64,000 nt of DNA from an uncultured delta proteobacterium (GTDB lineage: Bacteria; Desulfobacterota; Binatia; UBA9968), in the NCBI GenBank assembly GCA_963804165.1, contig CAWDPO010000025.1, positions 32,001 to 96,000 on the forward strand. The letters are read 5' to 3'. Positions 9,079-18,077 of this stretch are shown here, piece by piece. The translations under genes and the position numbers were made by a program. The notes beneath the pieces are model-generated. The model was not told the DNA's origin. It was given only the letters and a program-made list of their open reading frames with translations, and made no database searches. Position 1 is the stretch's first letter; each line of letters begins with the position of its first letter.

Positions 9079-9795
9079 CTATCTTTTTCCCTCGAGCCGG
9101 CTCACGTAATATTCCCAGCCGCGCATCGGAAATCGCTGGTCGGCATTGTAAACTTCGAGCTCCGCGGCGGTTAGATACTTCGGTTCGCCGTGCAGCAACG
9201 CCAGATGATTCCATTCGCCGAGCATGGCGAGCCGCGTGGTACGCTCGATGACCTGCTCGATGCTTTCGCCCGCCACGGCGTCGCCGTGCGCACGCATCAA
9301 GACCACGGGGCCGTTGCCGAGGGCGGATGCCAATTCGTTACCGCGCTCGACCGTACGTACCAGTCCGATACCTTCGTATATCGGCGGGCCGTCGGCGGAA
9401 AGAAATTTGCCGTAGTGGTGCATGGGCTTGAGCTTGATTGGCAGCACGCTGAAAATCGTACTCCACTTCGAGTGCGTGTGCGCGACGCTGACGATCTCCG
9501 GACGCGCTTTCAAGATACACGCATGAATCGGCCATTCATTGGGCGGTGTCTTGGCGCCGTCGAGGTAATTGCCAGCGAAATCCTGCATGATCAGTCGCTC
9601 GCGGGTGACGCACCCGGGACTGACGTTCGCGATGGTGATAAATGCATCGGCGCCGGGAACACGCACGCTGATGTGGCCGTAACCGTCGGTGACGCCCTCG
9701 TGATCGAGGATGTGGCAGGCGGTTATCAATTTCTCCGTCAGCTCTTTCAACTCCGACGAGTCTATTTTGGGCACGTCTGTTCGAGTCGCCGCCAT
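9079..9795 (-). CDS. Class II aldolase/adducin family protein
   Basis: YGHISVR, EWPIH, AHTHS, LMRAHG metal-binding motifs. Confidence 0.88.
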   Translation of the reverse strand: MAATRTDVPKIDSSELKELTEKLITACHILDHEGVTDGYGHISVRVPGADAFITIANVSPGCVTRERLIMQDFAGNYLDGAKTPPNEWPIHACILKARPEIVSVAHTHSKWSTIFSVLPIKLKPMHHYGKFLSADGPPIYEGIGLVRTVERGNELASALGNGPVVLMRAHGDAVAGESIEQVIERTTRLAMLGEWNHLALLHGEPKYLTAAELEVYNADQRFPMRGWEYYVSRLEGKR

Positions 9796-9867
9796 GAACG
9801 CTCCTTACTGATCGGGATAAAGACGAATGATTTACTTTGGCGAATCTATTCGTCGGCTCTCGGACTG

Positions 9868-10590
9868 TCAAGAAGAGCGCCGCTCACGGATACGGCTCAA
9901 GTAATACTCCCACGGACGCGCAGGAAATGCCTGGTCGGCGGAAAACGTTGCCAACTCCTCTTCGCTCATGTAGAGCGGCTCGCCGTGAGCCACGGCCACG
10001 TGCGCGAGCTCGCCGATAAATGCAAGTTGGACGGTGCGCAGGATGGCTTGCTCGAGACTGGCGCCAACGACGGCGTCGCCGTGCGCCCGCATCAAGACCG
10101 CCGCGCTCTCCTTCAAAGCCGTCGCCAGCGCTTCGCCGCGCTCGACGGTGCCGATCAGGCCGGCCGCCGGATAAACTGGCGGGCCGTTCGCGGGAAGGAA
10201 CTTCGCGTACATGTGCACCGGGCGAAGACCGCCTTTGAGCACGCTGAAAAGCGAGCTCCACTTGGAGTGGGTGTGGCACACACTCATCACGTCGGGGCGA
10301 GCACGCAGGATGCACGCGTGAATCGGCCATTCGTAGGGTGGCGTATTTTGGCCGCCGAGAAATTTTCCGTTGAGGTCGAGCAGCACGAGTCGCTCCAACG
10401 TCGCGCAGCCGGGGCTGACTCCGGCGATGGTAAGAAAGGCATCGGTTCCGGGAACGCGTATACTTACGTGGCCGTAACCGTCGGTGATGCCTTGGCGGTC
10501 AAGAATGTGACAGCCGTCGACTAGTTTTTGCTTGAGCTCTTTAAGCTCGCTGGAATCGAAAGCGGGAACATTTGCGTTAAGACTGTCCAT
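9868..10590 (-). CDS. Class II aldolase/adducin family protein (tandem paralogue)
   Basis: YGHVSIR, EWPIH, CHTHS, LMRAHG; AGGAG RBS 5 nt upstream of ATG 10590. Confidence 0.88.
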   Translation of the reverse strand: MDSLNANVPAFDSSELKELKQKLVDGCHILDRQGITDGYGHVSIRVPGTDAFLTIAGVSPGCATLERLVLLDLNGKFLGGQNTPPYEWPIHACILRARPDVMSVCHTHSKWSSLFSVLKGGLRPVHMYAKFLPANGPPVYPAAGLIGTVERGEALATALKESAAVLMRAHGDAVVGASLEQAILRTVQLAFIGELAHVAVAHGEPLYMSEEELATFSADQAFPARPWEYYLSRIRERRSS

Positions 10591-10735
10591 GGACACTCCT
10601 TGGTGTCGCGTATTTGTTCACCTCGGTTCTAGTGGCCGATAGGTGAGGAGTCAAGGCAACGATTGTCTTGACAAGCAATTCGTCGCGGAGGTTAATGCCC
10701 TAGGGAATTCAACGCCTGCAGGGGGTACACCCGTG

Positions 10736-11722
10736 ATGTCCAGGATTTTCCGCGCAGCGTTGCTGTTGGCGCTACTCTCATCGCCCATTTCACTTGCCGC
10801 TCAAGAAAAATACATCGCCAGCTATGCGGGCTTCGCCGGATTCCAAGCTCCTTTGTGGGCGGCCAAAGACTACGGTTTCATGGCGAAATACGGCGTGAAC
10901 ACCGATCTGGTCATGATCCCCGGATCCGCAAGGGGTGCGCAAGCCCTGCTCGGCGGCAGCATTCACTTTGGCCAGATCGACGGCACGGCGCTGATCTCCG
11001 CCATCAATCAAGGTGCGGATCTCGTCTTCGTCGCGTCGTCGTTGAACAGATTCCCGTTCAGTTTGGTCGCGCAGAAAAATATCCGCCAGCCGAAGGATCT
11101 TGTCGGCAAAAAAATCGGTATCGTCGCCTTGGGCGGCGCCCACGAAGTATCGCTCATCCTGGCGCTCAAGGAATGGAACATCCCGCGTCAATCGGTTACG
11201 CTGCTCGCCAGCGGGCCGGCGGCCAATCGTTTATTGGCGCTGTCGAGCGGCGCCTTCGATGCGACTCTGCTCGCGCCGCCGGAGACCGGCGAGGCCGCGC
11301 GCATGGGACTGCCGACGCTTGCCAACATGAACGAGCTCAAAGCCGCATACTTTCCGATGAACGCCGTGGCCACGCGCCGATCCTTTCTGGAGAAAAATCG
11401 CGATGTGATCAAACGATTTCTGCAAGCCTACTCCGAGGGGATACACCAGTTCATGACCAACAAGGATAAGGGACTGGCGTTACTTACCCAGCGGATGAAA
11501 CAGAAAAATCCGGCGGTGGTGGAAGAAACCTATCAGTACTTCAATTCCACGTTCTCATCACCTCCACGCATGTCGCACGAAGGCATGCGCACAGCCATCG
11601 ACATGCTGCAGCAACGCTCTCCGGAGACTAAATTCGATACAAACGTAAACAAGTACGTCGACGAGCGCTTGTTGGACGAGCTGGAGAAGGAAGGGTTCTT
11701 CAAGAGGATGGGCAAGAGTTGA
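10736..11722 (+). CDS. ABC-type substrate-binding protein, NMT1/SsuA-like
   Basis: Signal peptide; PLWAAKDYG, DLVGKKIG, LDELEKEGFF. Confidence 0.85.
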   Translation: MSRIFRAALLLALLSSPISLAAQEKYIASYAGFAGFQAPLWAAKDYGFMAKYGVNTDLVMIPGSARGAQALLGGSIHFGQIDGTALISAINQGADLVFVASSLNRFPFSLVAQKNIRQPKDLVGKKIGIVALGGAHEVSLILALKEWNIPRQSVTLLASGPAANRLLALSSGAFDATLLAPPETGEAARMGLPTLANMNELKAAYFPMNAVATRRSFLEKNRDVIKRFLQAYSEGIHQFMTNKDKGLALLTQRMKQKNPAVVEETYQYFNSTFSSPPRMSHEGMRTAIDMLQQRSPETKFDTNVNKYVDERLLDELEKEGFFKRMGKS

Positions 11723-11738
11723 TGAAAGCATTGTTCGG

Positions 11739-12053
11739 ATGACTTCCGCGGAGCGGGGAGTCGGTTGGTTACTCTTGCTCACGGGTGCAGTGGCCTTGGT
11801 TTTTTTCTATTTCGTGGAATCATTCTTTATGTCCAACCTGTTAGCCGGCTACTTTTGGTTGTCGGGCACGGTCCTCAGTTCGCTGGTCACATACGACCTA
11901 TTTCACAGGCACGATTTTACAATTCGACGTAGGACGGTTCTTTCAGTCATAGCGTGGATTGTTCCCTGCACAAGTTGGGTTGTGTTTATCATGCATCGCA
12001 ATCTGCCACGTCCTGTTTCGGCTGCAGCGACGATTGGCGACCAAAATCATTAG
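11739..12053 (+). CDS. Hypothetical small membrane protein
   Basis: Three hydrophobic segments; fills the gap between flanking genes. Confidence 0.5.
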   Translation: MTSAERGVGWLLLLTGAVALVFFYFVESFFMSNLLAGYFWLSGTVLSSLVTYDLFHRHDFTIRRRTVLSVIAWIVPCTSWVVFIMHRNLPRPVSAAATIGDQNH

Positions 12054-12055
12054 CG

Positions 12056-12658
12056 ATGTCAGCGCACACTCAAACTTTGGCCTCACTTCATTGTCACCCG
12101 GACACGGCCTGTACAGCTGTCGAGAGCATCAATTCATTCCTGCTTTGGCACAAAGGACCGGTTCTCACGGTCACCTATGTGCTCAATGGCGTCGTCGATC
12201 AATTGCGAATCCCGCCGGATCCACCGGCTCGCCTGGTAGACGATTTGTGGCAACACACTTGCTTTGAATTGTTCATCGGCGCGAAAAACGACGCCGAATA
12301 CTATGAATTCAATTTCTCTCCATCCGGTGAATGGGCGGCGTACAGTTTCCACGATTATCGCGACGGTGGCCCGTGCAACGACGACGAGATTGAACCGAAA
12401 ATCACTGTGCAGCGAAGTACCGCGTCATTAGAGTTAAGCGCGGTTATTCGCTTCAACCATTTGCTCGGGATACAGCCAGATGTCTGTCTATGCATCGGAC
12501 TTTCCAGTGTAATCGAAGATCTCAACGGCGCGCTCTCGTATTGGGCGCTCAAACATCCGCCGGGGAAACCTGACTTTCATCATTCCGACAATTTCGTTCT
12601 GGAATTCGCGCCCAAAGTGGTCGACGGCGCCGCTATCGATTATACTATCAAGCTATGA
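12056..12658 (+). CDS. DOMON-like domain protein
   Basis: LWQHTCFELF, YYEFNFSPSGEWAAYSF, SYWALKHPPGKPDFH; overlaps the start of namZ. Confidence 0.85.
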   Translation: MSAHTQTLASLHCHPDTACTAVESINSFLLWHKGPVLTVTYVLNGVVDQLRIPPDPPARLVDDLWQHTCFELFIGAKNDAEYYEFNFSPSGEWAAYSFHDYRDGGPCNDDEIEPKITVQRSTASLELSAVIRFNHLLGIQPDVCLCIGLSSVIEDLNGALSYWALKHPPGKPDFHHSDNFVLEFAPKVVDGAAIDYTIKL

Positions 12659-13860
12659 ATTTCGGCATCGATCGCCTGCTTGAGGACGCCAAACTACGAA
12701 AGCCACTGGCGGGAAAGCGAGTTGCATTGCTCGCCCATCCGGCGTCCGTGACCCGTGACTTGGTTCATTCGCTCGACGCCCTGGCGGATTCGAAGGACAT
12801 CAAACTTACGGCAGCCTTCGGCCCGCAACACGGATTACGCGGTGACAAGCAAGACAACATGGTCGAGTCGCCGGATTTTCACGATCCCGTGCATGGCATT
12901 CCAGTGTTCAGTCTATACGGCGAGGCGCGCCGGCCGACACCGGCAATGATGGATAGCTTCGACGTATTGCTCGTCGATCTGCAGGATCTGGGTTGCCGTA
13001 TTTACACGTTCGTCACGACACTGTGCTACGTTCTCGAAGCGGCGGCACGGCATAAAAAAGCGGTTTGGGGGCTCGACCGGCCCAATCCGGTCGGACGGCC
13101 GGTGGAAGGATTACGGTTGCGAGCGGGTTGGGAGAGTTTCGTCGGCGCGGGACCGCTGCCGATGCGCCACGGCCTCACCCTGGGCGAGCTTGCGAAGTGG
13201 TTCGTGAGCACGCTTCGTCTCGATGTGGAATGCGAAGTGATCACGATGGAAGGCTGGAAGCCGTCGAGCGCTCCGGACTACGGCTGGCCGCTCGGCGAGC
13301 GAACATGGGTGAATCCGAGCCCAAACGCATCCAATTTATCGATGGCGCGTTGCTACGCCGGAACCGTGATGCTCGAAGGGACGACGCTATCCGAAGGACG
13401 CGGCACGACACGTCCGTTGGAATTGTTCGGCGCGCCGGATATCGAGCCGCGAGTGCTGCTCGCAAAAATGGCATCGCTCGCACCGGAGTGGCTGCGCGGT
13501 TGCCGATTGCGCGAGTGCTGGTTTGAGCCGACGTTTCACAAACACGCGGGCAAGCTCTGCGCGGGAATTCAAATCCACGTCGCTGATCCGAGCTACAATC
13601 ACGAAACCTTTAAGCCCTGGCGATTGATGGCGCTCACACTTAAGTCGTTGCGCGTATTAAGACCGGATTATGATCTCTGGCGCGACTTCGCCTATGAATA
13701 CGAGCGGGATCGGCTCGCCATTGATTTGATCAGCGGCAGTGAGCTCTTGCGACAATGGGTTGACGATCGCGCGGCGACGCCGAGCGATCTCGACGTGTTG
13801 ACAACGCGAGACGAGCAGTCCTGGCAGGAAGAACGAGAACCACTGCTGTCGTACCGCTAG
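12655..13860 (+). CDS. namZ: Exo-beta-N-acetylmuramidase NamZ family (DUF1343)
   Basis: AAFGPQHGLRG, SLYG, DLQDLGCRIYT, LDRPNP, RHGLTLGELA, PSPN, SEGRGTTRP. Confidence 0.85.
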   Translation: MNFGIDRLLEDAKLRKPLAGKRVALLAHPASVTRDLVHSLDALADSKDIKLTAAFGPQHGLRGDKQDNMVESPDFHDPVHGIPVFSLYGEARRPTPAMMDSFDVLLVDLQDLGCRIYTFVTTLCYVLEAAARHKKAVWGLDRPNPVGRPVEGLRLRAGWESFVGAGPLPMRHGLTLGELAKWFVSTLRLDVECEVITMEGWKPSSAPDYGWPLGERTWVNPSPNASNLSMARCYAGTVMLEGTTLSEGRGTTRPLELFGAPDIEPRVLLAKMASLAPEWLRGCRLRECWFEPTFHKHAGKLCAGIQIHVADPSYNHETFKPWRLMALTLKSLRVLRPDYDLWRDFAYEYERDRLAIDLISGSELLRQWVDDRAATPSDLDVLTTRDEQSWQEEREPLLSYR

Positions 13861-13863
13861 TTA

Positions 13864-15338
13864 GTTCTCACTGAAAAAGTCACAATTTTCTTGGGTCTGA
13901 TTATAGGATTGATGTACAAGAGAGCATGCGCAAAGTGATCTCTCAACAGATGAGTTTTGGTGACGGATTTATCGATGCTTCGTTGTACGAGCTGGACGAA
14001 GAGCTTAAGAAAGTTGACGAACTTTTGTCGAGTTCGGCATTGCTGAAGTCCTTTGAAGAGGTCTACGACGAGAGCCAAGGGCGCCCCGGCACACCGGTCG
14101 GGATCTATCTGCGCATGATGTATCTGAAGTTTCGCTGGGGGCTGAGTTACGAAGAAGTCGAGATTGAAGTTCGGGAAAGACTGCCGTGGCGCTACTTCTG
14201 CCATCTTTCGCTGATGGACTCGGTGCCCGATGCTACCACGTTGATTAAACTCAACCAGCGATTCGGCGAAGCCCGGATGGCCGAGCTCAACCGCCAGCTT
14301 ATCAAATCGCTGGTCAAGACCCGCTCGATCAAGCCGCGCCGCATTCGCATCGATTCGACAACTTTGGAAGCCCACATCGCCTATCCCAGTGACATCGGGA
14401 TCTTGCATCAAGCAGTGAGAACGCTCACCCACACAGCCAACTCTTTGGGCCAAAAGATCACCCGCCACGTGAGAGCCACCAAGAGAGCCCTGGCCCGTTG
14501 GGGCCAAAGCTCCAAAGCCAAACCTAAACAGCGTAAGGTCCAAGGCAAAAAAGTGCTCAAGAAAGTAGCCCAACTGGCTACCGACACCCTGGCACAAAGC
14601 CGCCAAGCTATGGAGCAACTGTTGAGGACGGCGCCCACCCAACTCAAAGAGAAGTTCAGGGCGCAGATCGGGGTGGCCAAAGAACTGCTTGAACAGACCA
14701 AAAGCAAACTCGCCGGGCAACGCTCGATTCCCGAGCGCATCGTTTCGTTCTTTGATCCTCATGCCCGGGCCATCGTGAAGGGAAAACTCGATAAGCCTGT
14801 CGAATTTGGTCGTACGCTGGAGTTGGTGCAGGATGACTCTGGGGTGATCGTTCATGACGAAGTCCATCACGGCAATCCCAGCGATAAGATTCATCTGCTT
14901 TCTTTGGTCCGCCAAACCAAAAAGATTCTCAGTCAATCGCCCCAGGCAATTGCCGCGGATCGAGGATTCTACAGCGCAGATAATTTGGCTAAGCTTCGAC
15001 GCCTTAAGGTGTGCCGGGTGAGCATCCCCAAAATCGGTCGGTTGACGCCCAGCGAAACCCAACATCAACGCACCCAGTGGTTTAGAGAACTGCAGCGGTT
15101 TCGCTGCGGGATCGAAGGTTCCATCAGCATGCTTAAACGCCAATTCGGTTTGGGTAAAGTGTTGGCCAAAGGCTCGCCGGCCACCGCCATTTGGACCGGA
15201 TGGGCGATCTTTGCCTACAATCTGTGGCAACAGACTTGATATGCGACTGACACCGAACATCGACTTAAACTCTAAAAACAAAACCTCTAAACTTCAGCCA
15301 AATTTGAAACTCTCAAACTCTACTTTTTCAGTGAGAAC
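13864..15338 (+). mobile_element. Insertion sequence (IS5-like/ISNCY DDE type), 1475 bp
   Basis: Perfect 17-bp terminal IRs GTTCTCACTGAAAAAGT (13864-13880 and 15322-15338); 6-bp direct repeats TAGTTA (13858-13863 and 15339-15344). Confidence 0.92.
13926..15239 (+). CDS. DDE transposase (DUF772-like N-terminus)
   Basis: GRPG, PDATTL, RIDST, ADRGF, RCGIEGSISMLKR motifs. Confidence 0.92.
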   Translation: MRKVISQQMSFGDGFIDASLYELDEELKKVDELLSSSALLKSFEEVYDESQGRPGTPVGIYLRMMYLKFRWGLSYEEVEIEVRERLPWRYFCHLSLMDSVPDATTLIKLNQRFGEARMAELNRQLIKSLVKTRSIKPRRIRIDSTTLEAHIAYPSDIGILHQAVRTLTHTANSLGQKITRHVRATKRALARWGQSSKAKPKQRKVQGKKVLKKVAQLATDTLAQSRQAMEQLLRTAPTQLKEKFRAQIGVAKELLEQTKSKLAGQRSIPERIVSFFDPHARAIVKGKLDKPVEFGRTLELVQDDSGVIVHDEVHHGNPSDKIHLLSLVRQTKKILSQSPQAIAADRGFYSADNLAKLRRLKVCRVSIPKIGRLTPSETQHQRTQWFRELQRFRCGIEGSISMLKRQFGLGKVLAKGSPATAIWTGWAIFAYNLWQQT

Positions 15339-15390
15339 TAGTTAATCAGAACGAGTGTCATGGAGTATAAATTCGCAGCATAATTCAAAC

Positions 15391-15480
15391 GTCATTCCGG
15401 GCAAGCCCGGCGAAGGCCGGGGGCGACCCGGAATCCAGGAATTTCGAAGAGATCTGGTTACCGGCATCCGCCGGTATGAC
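15391..15480. repeat. GTCATTCC...GGAATCCAG-type REP-like nested palindrome
   Basis: gtcattccgg...ccggaatccagg...ctggttaccggcatccgccggtatgac. Confidence 0.7.
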
Positions 15481-15588
15481 TCTTAAAGAGGACTTGGATT
15501 CCAAAAAACTCGTTTAGGCTCGCTGATTTTTACGAATGACTTTTTGATCGTTGTCCGAAAAAGTTGCAGCGATGGGAGGAGTCGAGAT

Positions 15589-16590
15589 TTGACTAGGGCA
15601 TTTATTCTTATCGTTTTTGGTCTTTGTGCTCTAACAATTCCGTTCAGCGTTTACGCTCAGGACAGACTCACCAAATTCCGCTTCGTCCATCTGGAAGCCA
15701 ACGGCTCGCAGGCCGTGCCGTTTATCGCGAAAGAAGCGAAGGTTTTTGAGAAGAATGGTTTGGACGTCGAGCTCATTCGTATCGGCGGCGGGTCGCGGGT
15801 GATTCAGGCGATGCTTGCCGGAGAGATTAGAATCGCGCACGGGTCGTCTCCGGCGGTCGTCGAGGCAAACCTCGCCGGCGCTGATCTTGTCATCGTCGCT
15901 TCAACCGTCAACGTGGCGACTTTTCGCATGATGGTGGCGCCGACCATCAAAACTCCGAGCGACCTCAAGGGAAAGAAAATCGCCATCAGCCGGTTCGGCG
16001 GTCAGACCGACACCTTGACGCGGTATTTGTTGGAGCGATGGAAACTGGACCCGTCAAAGGACGTGACGCTGCTGCAATCGGGCGGCGGAGCGGAGACCGC
16101 AGCCGCGATGGTCAGCAAAGCGATCGACGCGGGGCTGGTCAATCCGCCGCTGCATTTGAACCTCGCCGACGCAGGCTTTCGTACCCTGGCCAACCTCGGC
16201 GAAATGGGAGTGCCGTACACGAGCGGATCGATCGTGACGACGCGGTCTTTTGTCAAGAGCAATCCGGATCTCCTGCGCCGGGTGATGCGGTCACTTTTGG
16301 AAGGCATCAAGATTTACAAGACCGACCGCGAGTTCTCGCTCAAAGCATTGCAAAAATTCACGCGCAACACGGACCAGAAAGTTCTGACCGCGCTTTGGGA
16401 GGAGTTCGGCAACGGCGTCATACAAAAAGTCCCTTACGCCGATCCCGCGGGGTTCAAATTTGTGTTGGATGAGGTCGCTGTCAGAAGACCCGAGGCGAGA
16501 AAAATGAACATCGATGATTTGGTCGACAATCGTTTCGTTAAAGAATTAGACGACAGCGGCTTTGTCAGGTCCCTCTACGGAAACAAATAG
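15589..16590 (+). CDS. ABC-type substrate-binding protein, NMT1/SsuA-like
   Basis: TTG start after GGGAGGAG; FEKNGLDVEL, DLKGKKIAISRFG, VKELDDSGF. Confidence 0.85.
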   Translation: MTRAFILIVFGLCALTIPFSVYAQDRLTKFRFVHLEANGSQAVPFIAKEAKVFEKNGLDVELIRIGGGSRVIQAMLAGEIRIAHGSSPAVVEANLAGADLVIVASTVNVATFRMMVAPTIKTPSDLKGKKIAISRFGGQTDTLTRYLLERWKLDPSKDVTLLQSGGGAETAAAMVSKAIDAGLVNPPLHLNLADAGFRTLANLGEMGVPYTSGSIVTTRSFVKSNPDLLRRVMRSLLEGIKIYKTDREFSLKALQKFTRNTDQKVLTALWEEFGNGVIQKVPYADPAGFKFVLDEVAVRRPEARKMNIDDLVDNRFVKELDDSGFVRSLYGNK

Positions 16591-16735
16591 TCCGATCGAT
16601 TGTATTGTTGCCGCGAGCGTAGCGCAATGAAATTCAGCGCAGCGATTCATTTCCCAGTTCTAGGAACCGCCCGTGAGAATTCTCGCATTAATCGGAAAAC
16701 TCTTCGTAATTAGCTCCTGATGTCCTGAGACGACA

Positions 16736-17332
16736 CTACTTTGTCCAACGAAAGCAGACTTGGCCGGCTTCCATCTGGCAGATAGTTTCGGGCAGATCGC
16801 GATGAGCTTCGCTTTGGTATTGGGGAGCGATGGCAACCCATGCCAGGGGCATCGATTTGCCGCCTTTCATTCGGGTGAACAGTTCCTTGAAGAATCGCGG
16901 AAAGGCGTCGCCGCGCCGATTTAGTGTCCACACCAGATTGGCTCGTTTCGGACCTGACAATTTCGATGCAACGATACCGTGTTCGGCGGTATTGTTCGAG
17001 GCGAGGACCGCAATGGAGGCGCCGGCTTTTTCGGCTAAATGGCGGAGTGTGAACTCCTTGGCAAGCCCCAGCGATCCGTCCGGCGCGATCCCGGCGTAGA
17101 CGAAGAGGACGTCGCATTTCGGTACTTCATAACCTGTCCTCATTTCAAACTTCGAGAATATTGGACCGAGAGCGCTACGGTCTTCAGCGATCAGGGACGC
17201 GAAAACCTCGCCGTCGAGGTTCAAGAACCCGAGGGCGGGATCGGCGATGCCTCGCTTGCGTCCGCGAAAAACTAAATAGAACGCGTAGGCTGCCAAACAC
17301 CCCATGAAAAAATAAATGACGAACAGTTCCAT
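16736..17332 (-). CDS. Hypothetical protein with N-terminal membrane anchor
   Basis: 198-aa ORF with hydrophobic N-terminus and GAAGGGG RBS-like element; no recognised family. Confidence 0.6.
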   Translation of the reverse strand: MELFVIYFFMGCLAAYAFYLVFRGRKRGIADPALGFLNLDGEVFASLIAEDRSALGPIFSKFEMRTGYEVPKCDVLFVYAGIAPDGSLGLAKEFTLRHLAEKAGASIAVLASNNTAEHGIVASKLSGPKRANLVWTLNRRGDAFPRFFKELFTRMKGGKSMPLAWVAIAPQYQSEAHRDLPETICQMEAGQVCFRWTK

Positions 17333-17490
17333 GTGTTTGCCGCCCCTTCATACATAAGGAATCGCTTGATAGTATACCGAATCGGGACGGAACCTGAGGA
17401 AGTTTTTTATGTAGCTTATCCTTTATTGACAAGCAGCCGAGCATATAAGAAAAAGATTGAGATCATTCTATCTCAGAAAGGAATTCACCT

Positions 17491-18042
17491 ATGGCGGATC
17501 ATCAGGACAACGAAAAATGGTTCGAGGGAAAGAGCTCGCTGTTCAAATCCCGCGCGGAGCGGGTCAAAGCGGACATGGCGCGGCGTAAGGCGGGGCGCAA
17601 GGCGATCAAGGGCGATGATGTCAAGGTCGAGTGGGAAGAGCAGAATGGGGTGTGGATGGGGCCGCTGGTTTCTCAGGAGCTTGGCTTTGAAAATCGCATT
17701 ATCGAGGTCGACTGCCACATCTATCCGCCGCAATCCCATTCGGTAACGCATAGACACAACGAAGCGATCATCATTGTTCTACGCGGGCAGGGTTATAGCA
17801 TTCTCGACGACGAGCGCATCGACTGGAAGGCAGGCGATACGCTTTATATCGGCCAGGGTGTTTGGCATCAACATCATATTCCAGGCGACGAACCCGCCAT
17901 GGTGTTTGCGATTAAGCCATTGCCGATTCAAGAATACATGGGCGAGCTGAATATCGTTTACAAAGGCGACAAGCCGAAGGTCAATCCGAACTACAAGGCC
18001 GGCACGTTCTTGGAAGAATTCGCCAAGATCGGCAAGAAATAG
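17491..18042 (+). CDS. Cupin domain protein
   Basis: HRHNEA and GDTLYIGQGVWHQH cupin motifs; AAGGA RBS. Confidence 0.85.
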   Translation: MADHQDNEKWFEGKSSLFKSRAERVKADMARRKAGRKAIKGDDVKVEWEEQNGVWMGPLVSQELGFENRIIEVDCHIYPPQSHSVTHRHNEAIIIVLRGQGYSILDDERIDWKAGDTLYIGQGVWHQHHIPGDEPAMVFAIKPLPIQEYMGELNIVYKGDKPKVNPNYKAGTFLEEFAKIGKK

Positions 18043-18077
18043 AATAAACAACGACTCGAATTGGAGCTCCGGCTCGC

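Noticed and set aside
9190-10524. 444-aa plus-strand ORF
   Set aside because: Antisense shadow of two well-supported aldolase genes; no recognisable motif; expected in GC-rich DNA
13857-15281. 474-aa ORF antisense to the transposase
   Set aside because: Codon-symmetric shadow with no motif or RBS seen; antisense open frames are common in IS elements
17426-17449. TTGACA...TATAAG promoter upstream of the cupin
   Set aside because: Spacer is only 12 bp, too short for a sigma70 promoter
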